A stretch of DNA of 63,561 nucleotides, counting the filler, from Asterionella formosa (taxonomy: Eukaryota), in NCBI GenBank assembly GCA_002256025.1. It is 15 parts of 15 records of this genome, joined end to end, with 100 filler letters (N's around TTAATTAATTAA, not from the genome) between each part and the next. Parts side by side here need not be neighbours in the genome. Positions count along the whole stretch, not along the records: positions 22,354 to 44,589 come from NKIB01002821.1; positions 44,690 to 46,049 come from NKIB01002837.1; positions 46,150 to 47,509 come from NKIB01002838.1; positions 47,610 to 48,969 come from NKIB01002839.1; positions 49,070 to 50,429 come from NKIB01002840.1; positions 50,530 to 51,893 come from NKIB01002841.1; 9 more parts are not named here. One strand, given 5' to 3'. Made by a program: the position numbers and the translations under genes. Shown here one piece after another: positions 39,669 through 51,368 of this stretch (position 1 is its first letter; each line of letters opens with the position of its first letter). The notes beneath the pieces are model-generated. The model was not told where the DNA came from. It made no database searches and worked only from the letters and a program-made list of their open reading frames with translations.

Positions 39669-40978
39669 CTATTTATCCTCATTTCGAGTCCATAAGTGCT
39701 CAATCAAATCATTTCACAATTGATAGTGCTCACATTCATTCATGTAGTTCATTCGAATTGCTTTGAAATCTAGAAAAGTATGCACATTGTTGTGTTTCAC
39801 ATTGTCAACCAAAAAGCCATCCTGAATATTATCAAATCAATATTCGTTTGTGTCTTTTGTATCCCACTCATGTTCTATAATCATGTTGTCTAGTATGATA
39901 CATGCAATGATGACATGATTCATTGCACCCACTGACCAAAGTTTGCACGAAAGCGCAAGGATCCTCCACCTTGCTTGTAGCACCCCAAATGCTCGCTCTA
40001 CTTCCTTGTGTTGGGCCTCTTGAACCATTGAAAAATGTGCACGCTTTGCACCTTGTGCTTCCGAAATTGTTTTGACAAAAATGTGTCAATCTGGATAGAT
40101 GCCATCAACCGAATAGTAACCCATATTGTGTTCTTTGTTGTTGATTGTGAATTTAATGGCAGGAGTCCTTCCATCTGTTAAAACCCGGAAAAAGGAGAAT
40201 GATCCAAAATATTGAGATCATCGTTAGATTGTGGCGTTCCAAACCATGCGTTACAGAACCAAAGTCTACAATCAACTGCAGCTCCCAAAGCAACAGTAGC
40301 CACTCCATCTTTTCCTTGAAACGCTCCTCTGTGTACCTTGGGACAGTTCTTCCATTCCCAATGCATCACATCCAATGAACCAAGAAGTCGTGGCCAACCC
40401 TTTGCTTCATGTAGACGTAAAGCCATTTCCATGTCATCTTTTGTGGGAGCTCGCAAATATTCTGTTCCATACCTGCTGATTATTAAGTTACAAAACACTT
40501 TTAGGTTGTGGAGTGTAGTCGATACAGCCATTCTTGTGAGGTCATCCAGCTGATCTGCTGAAGTTCCGTAAGCCAACATTCGAAGAGCTGAGGAGGTTAA
40601 CTTTTGATGAGGCGAAAAGCCGACCAGACCCAAGGCATCTTTCTTCTGTTCAAAGTATGGATTCGCCTCAACCAAATCTTCAAGAACAAATAAGTAGCGA
40701 TGCATCCAGAAGCGCCTTTTGAAACATGCAGGAGAGTAGATTGGATTCTCGCCGAAATAGTTGTCTTTCAACAGCTTATGGTACTCTGTACGAAAGCGAT
40801 TCATATTAGTAGCCTTGCCAACCTTGGAGCCTCCTCCCCTATTTTGTATTTTCTTTGCATTATTCTCACTTCTTTGTTGACGATGCATCTTGCGAAAATG
40901 GTAGAAGTGATCATCATAAGATGAGTCGTTATTGTTGCTCATTGTTTCATTTTGTGTTTCTACAGATATGTAGTACAT
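39669..40978 (-). pseudogene. PIF/Harbinger (plant-transposon-protein/ALP1-like) transposase, inactivated
   Basis: DALGLVGFSPHQK...LRMLAYG, LGSLDVMHWEWKNCP, DGIYP, KEVERAFGVLQARW and HYQL*NDLIEHLW. Internal stops and frameshifts. Confidence 0.88.
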
Positions 40979-41430
40979 ACCGCTATATCAGCAATACACA
41001 TATAAAGACAATATAGCTCTATTTCTATTTGCTAAAATTTCGGCGCAAGACTTGACTATTTTAGGATTTGGTCGATGCAGTGGGAAAAATATGAAAATTC
41101 GACTATTGATCGCAATTTTCTCGATCAAGTGACATGTATTGATATTTTCAACTGCAATATTGGCTTTGGAATTTGGTCGATACAGTCGTGAAGATTCTCT
41201 TGGGAGTCTGTAGATTTACTACTCAGTCTATGGTGCCAGCACTTAATTAATTGCTTCTGGCATTTCCTCATCTCCCTCATTTTGTCAAGTAGAGTTAAGC
41301 TCATATAATTGAAAACATCAGCTTTGTCACCCAAATCTATATTCATTCTTTTTTCTTTTATTTCACTTACTACATTCACTACTGCTTGCTACTTGATTCC
41401 TACAACCTAGTAGCTTGCTACCACTCTCTA

Positions 41431-41655
41431 CCTTGGATCCCTATACAATCTAACACCTTTGATCCATATACAATCTACACCTTGGATCCCTACACAATCC
41501 ACACCTTGGATCCCTATACTATCTACCACCTTGGATCCCTATAAGGTCCACCATTCTTGGCCTTCCTACTCAATCTGCTACTTGAGTTTGTTGCCTACTT
41601 CAACTTGGATCCCTACACAATCCACAACCTTGGATCCCTATATGATCCACCACTT
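41431..41655 (+). repeat. Minisatellite, ~24-25 bp unit CCTTGGATCCCTAYACAATCYACA, about 7 good copies
   Basis: Five adjacent copies at 41431-41553 and two more at ~41605-41653, with degenerate units between. Confidence 0.9.
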
Positions 41656-41838
41656 CCTACCTGAGTCTTCTACTTCTCATCTTCAGAATCCTTTTCTTGT
41701 TTACCACTACATCATCAAATGGTATTGGGTACTGGAAGCTGGAGAAATACAGAACACCCACTTCACTATGACAAGAATACATATTTTCAATAAATGAATT
41801 AATACAAAAATCTCTTATTTTCCAATCATCTACTTGCA

Positions 41839-43285
41839 TTACCAATTAAACGAATTCGGTGAAAGGCTCAGGTTATCTTCGGATATCCCTCCATTCGTGT
41901 TTAAAGATCCATTTGTAAAGGACGATCGACCCGAAACACCAAACGCAGGTGGTGGCATAGTTGGGTGAACTCCAGTATTCATTCCCGATGACATAGACGG
42001 TCCAGGAATCACGCTACCTTCCATATTTGCTTGGTTCATGGCCATCGTTGTTGCTGGATTGACAGAACCACCAATATTCGAGTTTCTCAGCATAAATTGA
42101 TTTTGATAAAGTTGGTTGGGGTCCAATCCATTCATTGAGTTCATCCCTATAAGCCCCTGCATACCACCAGTTAATCCTGGGCCTAAATTTCCCATGCCAG
42201 AAGGTGCTTCAAACCCCATATTATTCATGATTGCTAGTTGTTGCGACGACCAGGAATTCCCCATGGGACTCATATTTCGACTAGCGCCGCCAAATCCCAT
42301 CTGCGCTTGTTGTAGCAGCATATTTTCGACACCGCCCACATTGGCATTATTGGCTTGTCCACCGTGCATTCGCTGCTCAAATCCAGCCATCATTGAGTTT
42401 TGTGAGTCCATGATCGGAGTATTACTTAAAGGACCTCCCTGCTGCTGATTTTGCGCCATCATCAAGCTTTTCATGATGATCTGTTGCTGTCGGATATTCT
42501 CCAAAATTTGTTCTTGCAAAAGCTTTTGACTGATTTCAGGGTCGACGCCCGATGCAGATAAGGAGCAAAAACTTGCTGCCGGTAAATTCAAATCAGGAGA
42601 AATCATGGATGATGTTATATCTGAGGTTACAGGGTCAGATCGCCTGCTCGTTGTGGATGAAGTTTTCTTCTTGCCATCCTTAGACAATCTAAATTGTGAT
42701 GTGATTGCGTGTGCTACCTTTTTGAGACGGTGCTTCAAGGTACTTTTATCCAGATATGCTTCCAATGACGGTGATGACTTGAATAGTTGTTCCTCTAGCT
42801 TTCGCGCTTTATAAGGAAGCTCCTTGGTCCATTTTTCCGTTGGGTTCACCTTCCTGTCCTTCAAGAGGTAAGCACTATTAATGGGCAGCGGATGAGGAAC
42901 ACACTTTGAATTAGGCACGCAATTTTTCATTGGTGATGTGCCAATTGAAGAACGTCACTTACATATCTTTTATTAATACTCTCCGGTACTGCATAACTTT
43001 GCTATCGTCTTGCCAAGAAGTGCCAACTTGGACATTCCTGTCTGACGTTGATGCCCTGCATTTGTTGTAGCCCATCGATATAACAGCCCCTGGTTCCACG
43101 GTCTTGCTTGTATCGTACATCGACGTCAGCTGAGGTGGAAGTCGATTGTCATCGTCCATAAAATCGTCGTCGTCAAAGATAGTGTCCAAGTCGCCATTCA
43201 GCGTGGCTCCGGCAGCATCCACGTCGCCGGCGTCTGACGATGTCTCTGGTTCGTTCTGATCGTCGTTCGATTCTCTGCTGGACAT
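41839..43285 (-). CDS. KIX-like domain protein with Gln/Met/Asn-rich low-complexity C-terminus (~452 aa), putative transcriptional coactivator
   Basis: Exon 1 43285-42963, intron 42962-42875 (GTAAGT...TAG), exon 2 42874-41839. The splice rebuilds WQDDSKVMQYRRVLIKDIAYLLKDRK...WTKELPYKARKLEEQLFKSSPSLEAYLDKSTLKHRL, which resembles the KIX-type N-terminus of HAC1/Med15. Confidence 0.8.
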
Positions 43286-44034
43286 GAGATCTGTCCAGCG
43301 ATTTCCCAGCTAAGTGAACTAGAAAACAATGATCGTGGAAACGAAACGTTTTCGCCTGGACTTAACAGGGGTTGAACAATCGCAAAGGTCAGTCAACTAC
43401 TGGTATGCTTTGATATCATTTACTGGTACCAGTATACCGGTAAACGATGGTGGTTGACTTTTTTGTCCCACGTGTTTCAAGTGGCATGTATACTAGCATG
43501 CATCCGTATGTATCTGTACCCATAGCAAAGAACCAGAAGCAAGCAATAGAATGCCGGTTCTTTAGTACCTGGTACCAGGTACGGTACCTGGTAGAGCACC
43601 AGGTAGTGTTGTTATAGTTCGATGACAAAATACGGTATAGTACGACCCCTGGCTGGTAACACAGGTACCAGCAAGTTGCGGGAATTGTACTGAAAGCTAC
43701 ATATTTAGCTGCCTTTACCCGATATTAAAATGAATATTTAAGCAAAATGACCGCAACTTCATGTACCAGTACCGGGAGTACCTTAGTTACCTGCAAGTTG
43801 CGGTAATTGTGCTGAAGGTTCCTGCATTTGAACCCCTAGCTCGAGGTAGACTTCCGAAAATAATATTGAGTCAGACTAATCGAACACATACTTTTCACGC
43901 ATAAAATAGATATGTATAACGCTCAACGGAGCTTTCACCATTAGACACCCTTTCCATATGCTTAAATACAGTCTTCGGACAAAGTAGGGGTGTAGGTCCA
44001 CTCTATATATCGTCAGGATATAGGATCTGGCGAG

Positions 44035-44144
44035 AAACTGCAGAAAGGAACTTCGGTTTTTTTACTATGCTAAAAAGAGTGGAAAATTCGGGGGAAATCT
44101 GTTTATTTGGTCAGTAAAAAAACCGAAGTTTCTTTCTGCAGTTT
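44035..44144. repeat. 32-bp inverted repeat (31/32 match) with 46-nt spacer
   Basis: AAACTGCAGAAAGGAACTTCGGTTTTTTTACT (44035-44066) versus AGTAAAAAAACCGAAGTTTCTTTCTGCAGTTT (44113-44144). Confidence 0.9.
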
Positions 44145-44689
44145 AGTACCGATGCTATTTGAAAGTTACCAATGTATTGAAATCCCCTTCAGACCCAGCC
44201 GACATTGAGCTACTGTGTGTCGTCCAAAAATTCGACAAAATCGGCATTTTCTACGGTCTCCAAAAAATCGGAATCAGAATCACTAATCGCCGAAACGTCA
44301 TCATTGGAATGGTAGTCTTGTGCTCAAATTTTTAGTTGTAAAATCTGCTGTACAAAAAGTTCCATTGTAAGGGCCCGCTGCATTATTCATATTCTGATTG
44401 GTTGTACTTACATCCGTTCGAATAGCCCGGTTTGCGAGGTTCTGCAATCCCACACCCGCCACACTGGATACACATGCAACATTTTATTGGGTGTTGGCCG
44501 ATGCGATATCCACCTGGTACCAGCTACCGGTACCAGGTACATGGTACTCCTGGTACCAGGTACCGGTAGCTGATCATCATTGGTCATAGNNNNNNNNNNN
44601 NNNNNNNNNNNNNNNNNNNNNNNNNNNNNNNNNTTAATTAATTAANNNNNNNNNNNNNNNNNNNNNNNNNNNNNNNNNNNNNNNNNNNN

Positions 44690-45298
44690 GGTCAGGTACC
44701 GCCGTGGCTGGCAGCAACTACAAACGGGCACACACATTTAACTAGGCCAGTGATCGACGACCCTTATTTTAGGGTTGGTAGACCTATTGCCGATCTATTG
44801 GCGGCATCAGCTCCTCGTCAACCCTATTCTACTAACCTTCTGCCTTTTGAAAATATTTTCTCGTCGCAAGGAACGTTTCAGGGTCGGCCATTCATTCCTG
44901 GTGACTCGCAAACTGCACCTTCCAGATTTCTGCTAGGCGGACAACAGCAGCTTGGAAACAGTCTGCAACAACAGCACTCCGCGCTTGCACGAGGAGGATT
45001 TGGATTTCCTGGCATCCTGATGCCGGGTGTTTCAACGCTCAATAGGAGCCACATCTCCAATCAAGTGTGGCCATCCGATGTTCAACGATACGCAATGCGA
45101 ATGCCCGGAATGGGTATGAGTTCCCTGGCTGCTACCTCCGGAGATCATTCATCATTCCCGCAAATGTCATTGTTGGAGCAATCAGCTATGCTACAACGAA
45201 TTCAGAGACAACGACAAACTGCGCAATTGCCCGCAGGAAGATCACAGCGATGTTATGGTGACGTATATGACGATGCCGACGAAGGAGGTAAGAGCTAG
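44690..45298 (+). CDS. Partial hypothetical protein, Gln/Pro/Ser-rich (probable transcription-factor-like fragment)
   Basis: Frame is open from the contig start to the stop at 45298, with coding-like composition. No folded domain seen. Confidence 0.45.
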   Translation, partial: GQVPPWLAATTNGHTHLTRPVIDDPYFRVGRPIADLLAASAPRQPYSTNLLPFENIFSSQGTFQGRPFIPGDSQTAPSRFLLGGQQQLGNSLQQQHSALARGGFGFPGILMPGVSTLNRSHISNQVWPSDVQRYAMRMPGMGMSSLAATSGDHSSFPQMSLLEQSAMLQRIQRQRQTAQLPAGRSQRCYGDVYDDADEGGKS

Positions 45299-46149
45299 TT
45301 AAATGCACACACAAGCTGAATCTAGGTGATCGATAGCATGGCGCGAACTCTGATTTGCATACCGGTAGTTACAGCGTTCTTTGAAGCCAGAAGTAGCGTG
45401 GGGAGAAAATGGAATAATATGCTTGTTTGCTATTAGTTTCTGCAACACGAACACTTCTTCGTCATTGAAAGGACATATAGCTGTTCATAGGGATGCATTG
45501 ATGTAGGCATATCTCCATCACAAAAGGGCAAGCCACAATGCACACACAACCTTGAAAAAATCACCCGACAAGGGTGCTTTCAAGTTAGTTACGCACTTGT
45601 GCTTAAGTGGTTTGGAGGACTATGTACCATCAGGTACCTCTAAAACTAGGACTGATAATGAATTTTCAATAAAATATGTTTTAATGACATTTAGACACTA
45701 GGAGTACCAGGTCCAAGAAAACCGTAATCAAGCCCACTTTGATTATAGATTCATGGCAAATTTTTTTTAAAAAAAAATATATATATCCAAGCAGAAGGCG
45801 CCGAAAGTAAATCCTTCAGCAGAAATTTTAAAATTATTTAAAGCCATCTGAATCGTTTCCTGTGATTCCATAATTAGCTATTTTCCGCCCACATGAATTT
45901 TCTCAGTCTGTGCAGTAATATAGATACAACGAAATCCAAAAGGGTTAGTCGGAATGAAATCCAATCAATGTAATTAATTTTGATGTCCATGTAACTATGC
46001 AACCTAGACTGGATGCTTCATCAATCGAGAGGACCATTTTAGTCCTCTCNNNNNNNNNNNNNNNNNNNNNNNNNNNNNNNNNNNNNNNNNNNNTTAATTA
46101 ATTAANNNNNNNNNNNNNNNNNNNNNNNNNNNNNNNNNNNNNNNNNNNN

Positions 46150-46250
46150 ATGAGTGTGGGTAGATGATATTTGTGGTGGAAGTAGCAATTTTACTAGGAT
46201 TCCTTCCATATTCAGATCGATTCTTTTGTGAAAGTCCAGTGTAGATTTCT
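46150..46250 (+). repeat. Dispersed repeat shared with 51788-51890
   Basis: ATGAGTGTGGGTAGATGATATTTG...CCTTCCATATTCAGATCGATTCTTTTGTGAAAGTCCAGTGTAGATTTC is present at both contig edges. Confidence 0.85.
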
Positions 46251-46910
46251 GTACAATAAACGAGTAAATCATCAGTTCATTGACCAATTGATAATATTTT
46301 TTGGCAAGTGCAAATATGTTTTTCTCTCAGTTTGTCATTTACTTGTTGGTCTGTGCCATTAGAAAATTTATTATATGGTACCATGTTATCCATCTGCATC
46401 CGGGAGTTATTAATGGTATCATCGACAGGAGCCATTTTTCTTGTATCAACAACTGAAAAAGAAACGTCATCATCGCTTTCAGTATCAATTATGGGAGCCT
46501 TTGCACTAGTAGCTGATGGTGTCCCCATCAACGATGGGGTAGTACCCCCACTAAATCCCTGTCGCCGATTGGGTTCCTTTAGTTAGTCGCCTATTCGTTT
46601 TCTTTGTTAGTTCATTTTGGTACTTGCTTCTTTGTTCCATACCGGCATTATTTGCCACATGTCGCTTGTTTCCATGAACCTCTTAATGGTTTTTCGAAGA
46701 CATTGCTTGTACTACTAGATAACTGTTGTCGTTCTCTTCCTTAAAATTCGATGATCTTAAAATCAGGTGTTGCTAGCTACAATGAAATGAATCATCAGCC
46801 ACTACATGTAATATATTACGCTGTCTAGATAAGATACCATAAAATCAACAGTTCTATTTACATTATCATATACAAAATCAGAACCGAGTTTGAGTAATAG
46901 CATATCTTGT

Positions 46911-47245
46911 TTTCAATTGTACGATTATTCAATCCTGCAACTATGATGCTTTACTGTCCCACTGTAGTAGCAACAGTCCTGAACATATGGTGTCCTGGTT
47001 CTCGCTTACTACTCCGACTACCCTCTTTCAATTTTACGATTATTCAATCCTGAAACTATGATGATTTAATGTCCCGCTGCAGTAGCAACAGTCATGAACA
47101 TATGGTGTTCTGTTGCTCGCTTACTACTCCGACTATCCTTTTTCAATTTTATGATCATACGATCCTAAAACTATGATGATTTTCTGTGGTCCCACTGCAG
47201 TAGCAACATTCATGAACATATGGTGTTCTGTTGCTCGCTTACTAC
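46911..47245 (+). repeat. Tandem repeat, 115-bp unit x ~3
   Basis: Units start TTTCAATT at 46911, 47026 and 47141, and share GTAGCAACA...GAACATATGGTGT...CTCGCTTACTAC. Confidence 0.92.
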
Positions 47246-48152
47246 CTGGTACTGTGACTACCTGGTACCCCCAGTATATCACTTCCTACCTGCTACTGGT
47301 ACTCTGTATACATATGATAAAATGTTATTGTCATATGATGTAACAGTACACATGAAGAACTCCCGCCCAAAAAAGGGGCTTTAACAATTTGCTACCAAAA
47401 TCCTTGCATATAAATAATGATACAAATGGGTTATGACTTAGTACACCAATTGAATGGTCTAAATAATTAGTTCCAACGGAGGTAGAAAATATTGATGCAA
47501 ACATATTTCNNNNNNNNNNNNNNNNNNNNNNNNNNNNNNNNNNNNNNNNNNNNTTAATTAATTAANNNNNNNNNNNNNNNNNNNNNNNNNNNNNNNNNNN
47601 NNNNNNNNNGAAGGGAGATTAAGTAAATAGCGAATGATCGACGTCGACTGGGGAAAAAACAGTTCCCTTTGTCGTCCATGCCATTGTCAAGATACCTGGT
47701 ACCATACCGGCACCTGGTACTACGGTTTGCTAACTACCGGTAGACTTGCATTTATCCATACAGTAATTTGACATGTAAAGGTACCGGTAGGTACACTGGT
47801 AGACCGTACAAAGTGGTCCGTGATCAGGCAGCTATCAAAGTCATTTGTGTATTTATTAGGGTCGTTCTTATCATTTTTTTTCGTGTATCACGGAATTTGA
47901 ATTTTTTTGAAAATGTATCAGCAACGGTAACTCGATTTGAACTGAATTTCATTCATTCCAAAAGTGTCACTGTATCACTAATTTGTGATCACATTGTATC
48001 ATGGAGTAAAATGAATCTTCAACGGCAACTGGCTGGCGAAGATCATGTGTATATCCCTCCGGAATATAATGATGGTCTTGATATCAAGCAACAACAAAAT
48101 ATAATTACCGGGAAACTAAATATAATATTAAAAACACACATTTGCATGAATC

Positions 48153-48969
48153 ATGTCGTCGCCATTTGATTTACTTGATGATAATGACGATGACAGTAGT
48201 GATCTTGATTTCTTCTTCCTCTGTCATTTAGCTAAGGAAGCAGAGGAAAAAGAACACTCATCCAAACGACAAAGGCGACGCTGTAAACGGCAGCTTCAGT
48301 CATCTGAACGACGACGACAACGAAGGCACAAGTGGCACCACGAAAGAATCTCCTGGCAATCACATGTCGAGAAACTCAATCACGAGATTGCTTTCGAGAA
48401 GACATACAGAATGTCACACAGAGCATTCAAAAAACTCACCTCCATGCTGGAAATTCAGATTGCAGGGAATTATTCCAAATGTGGCACTTCTGAGCCCATA
48501 ATTCCCGAAATTGTGGTAGCCATTGGTTTGCGATGGCTGGCTGGTGGCAGTTACATCGACATTCGTCATGCCTACGGTTGTAGCATTGCTTCACTTTATC
48601 GATGTCGTGATTTGTTCATTGATGCTGTACTAAACTGTGGAGAACTCGAAATTGTTTTTCCAAAAGAAAAAGAAGAATTTATCAAATTGGCTTCCAGCTT
48701 TGAATGCAAAAGCTCAGAGGGCATGATGAGAGGATGTGTTGGTGCTATTGACGGCTTCCTAGCCACCATCAACCGCCCGACTATAGTTGAAAGTGGCAAC
48801 AACCCTGGTTCATTTTTTTCCGGTCACTACATGACTTATGGAATCAATGTCCAGGCTGTTTGTGATGCTGACTCAAGATTTATTTATTTTGGTGTAATTG
48901 CACCGGGAAAATGCAGTGACCAAGTAGCTTTTGAACGAACTTCCATTTTCGATCGAGTTGCAGCATTCA
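48153..48969 (+). mobile_element. HARBI1-like PIF/Harbinger transposase (DDE_Tnp_4 type), 3'-truncated by the contig end
   Basis: Uninterrupted 272 codons: FEKTYRMS...F, AIGLRWLAGGSY, GCVGAIDG, FFSGHYMTYGINVQAVCD. Confidence 0.88.
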
Positions 48970-49968
48970 NNNNNNNNNNNNNNNNNNNNNNNNNNNNNNN
49001 NNNNNNNNNNNNNTTAATTAATTAANNNNNNNNNNNNNNNNNNNNNNNNNNNNNNNNNNNNNNNNNNNNTAGAAAATCTAGCGTGGTACGTCGTCCCATC
49101 GGTACCTACCAGGGTATTATTCTAAAACTGCGAGCATGGCATGATTGTGCTGTACATAGTTGGTAAGTTGGTATCTCCGGAACCTTGTACCAGGTACCAG
49201 GTACCAGCAGGACCTGGTAGTTCATTCCTGATGATGTCAGTCCTGGATCGCAACTACCAGCACCAGGGAGGAGTTGATATCTACATATACCTTCTGATGT
49301 GCGTTTCAACGTCATGATATCATGCATATCAATTCTTCATCAGCCATGATGCTTTTGATATGAATGGCATCCACTTATATAACATACTCCACCACATGCC
49401 GCTTGGTTTATGCCTTGTAACGTTTGTGGTGAAAATTGTGTAGATTTCGTACAAAAAGTGCCTACTTGTTGTCGAACGCATCATGTGTTCGCTGTTTTAC
49501 TATAAACTGTACATATACTATATTGGAAGTATGTTTATTTACTTCCTGCGACGCTCTAACAGCATTCTCAGTAACACCTTGTGCTCCATCATGCATGATT
49601 TTTCGAACCACACATACCATGACGTAAACTGTGTTTAATGCGAACAAAAAAGCAAGTTATTTTTGTTATTTACTCTGTCATTTTCCAAACAACACATCCT
49701 CTGCATTATTAGACAAACCCCCATCATCGCTCGTATTACATACACATCACCTACATAGAGGTACTCTAAGTAATCCATCCCACAAATCACAGCGAACTCA
49801 TTCACATTGCTTGTACATGGTAAAACCCATAATTGATACATTTTACTCTTACATTCCGCACTGAACAGAGGCTCAATAATATCGACTGCTCGAATCAAGT
49901 GTCATTTGCAACATAATCTCACTTAATACGACTAACATAATACGGAGCACGACGTATATATAGTCAAG

Positions 49969-50429
49969 ATGGACCCATCCACTCAACACCATGATGACGA
50001 GGAGGATGACGGCGACGACGACGACGACGACGAAGAAGAAGGATCTGACACACTCCACACTACGCTGAATAGCGGAAACAACCACCATACCAAGTTGTCT
50101 GGAAAGCGAACATCTCGAGGAGATGACGATGAAGGTGATTTATCCCGTTCAGAACGCAAACGAAATCGCGAAAAGAATCGCAGGAATGCATTGAATCATC
50201 GACTAGAATCTTTGGCTACCTTGTTGTTTAAAATTGATCCATCTCTTAAAGCGGGTGCTAAATGTATCACTCCTTCCAACAGTAGCAGCAACAGCAGCAA
50301 CAGCAACAGCATGGATCAAACCATTATGAATCGAGTTAGTCTCATTCAATCGGCAGTTCAAACACTGGAGCGGATTTATAATGAAAATGAGGAACGAAAA
50401 TTGATCATTAGAGACTTGACTAATGGTGG
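49969..50429 (+). CDS. bHLH transcription factor, partial (3'-truncated)
   Basis: Basic region and helix 1 RSERKRNREKNRRNALNHRLESLATLL, a Ser/Asn-rich loop, then helix 2 NRVSLIQSAVQTLERI. Confidence 0.85.
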
Positions 50430-50529
50430 NNNNNNNNNNNNNNNNNNNNNNNNNNNNNNNNNNNNNNNNNNNNTTAATTAATTAANNNNNNNNNNNNNNN
50501 NNNNNNNNNNNNNNNNNNNNNNNNNNNNN

Positions 50530-51368
50530 TTGCCGTGCACCCTGACATGAAGAGCCACACCGGTGGCGTGATGTCTTTTGGAACTGGAGGCATCATATGC
50601 AAGTCAACCAAGCAGAAATTGAACACAAAGAGTTCGACGGAGGCTGAATTTATGGGTGCCAGCGACTATCTCCTGAACACGCTGTGGGTAAAAATGTTTC
50701 TTGAAGCACAGGGATACAAGATTCAAGAAAGTTTCTTCGAACAAGACAACGAGAGCGCAATTAAACTCGAGAAGAACGGACGAATTTCGGCAGGGCCAAA
50801 GTCTTGGCATATCAACATCCGCTATTTCTGGATTAAGGATCGATCGGTAGATGAAGGAATCACTGTTCGCCATTGTCCAACGTTGGAAATGTTGGGGGAT
50901 TTTTTTACGAAACCACTGCAAGGAAACCTGTTCAGAACATTCCGAAATGTGCTTCTAGGAGCTGCGCACGTCGATACCCTGACTGCCAGTTCCCTGGCAA
51001 CAGCCGAGGAGCGTGTTGGAAAAATTCGAGCTGACTGCCACAGGACAGGCGTGAAGGGTATAGTAGACATGAGAGAGAACAGTACTACAGTTAAAACCGT
51101 ACAGCCACTACCAAGATTTACCTGGGCCAACGTGGTAAAAGGCACAACGCAAGGAAAAGCAATCAGAGGTCAGGAAAAAATGCTAAAATGCAATGTGAGT
51201 AATAAGAGTGTTTCGAGACCATTATCTCGAAACAATCCAGTTAGTAAAGTGAAAGTTTAAGTTTGACAACTTCCTTGTTGTTGCTATCAATTTCATCAAC
51301 TGTATTCGATTAACATAGTACTAGGTTCAAGGCCTACGATACGGTCGAATACGGTAGTTGTTACAACA
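50530..51368 (+). mobile_element. 3' end of a CoDi-like Ty1/copia element: RNase H and 3' LTR (51014-51368)
   Basis: HPDMKSHTGG...KQKLNTKSSTEAE...QDNESAI...HINIRYFWIKDR...DFFTKPLQG. PPT-like GAGGAGCG is followed by TGTTGGAAAAATT...TTACAACA. Confidence 0.9.

Larger units (their letters stand above)
38759..40978. mobile_element. Degenerate PIF/Harbinger DNA transposon with two convergent ORFs
   Basis: A Myb/NAM-associated-type ORF (+) and a DDE transposase (-) face each other, the typical Harbinger gene pair. TIRs were not identified. Confidence 0.85.

Noticed and set aside
41188..41200. Harbinger right TIR candidate (GTGAAGATTCTCT)
   Set aside because: No matching left TIR and no TAA/TTA target duplication found.
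41431..41655. CRISPR-like array (constant core with variable tails)
   Set aside because: The variable parts are ~10 nt and similar to each other, there are no cas genes, and the context is eukaryotic. It is a minisatellite.
29445..51368. LTRs at 29445 and 51014 as the two ends of one element
   Set aside because: They are on different contigs, differ in length and internal sequence, and their flanks (AGGGA versus GGATA) do not form a TSD.
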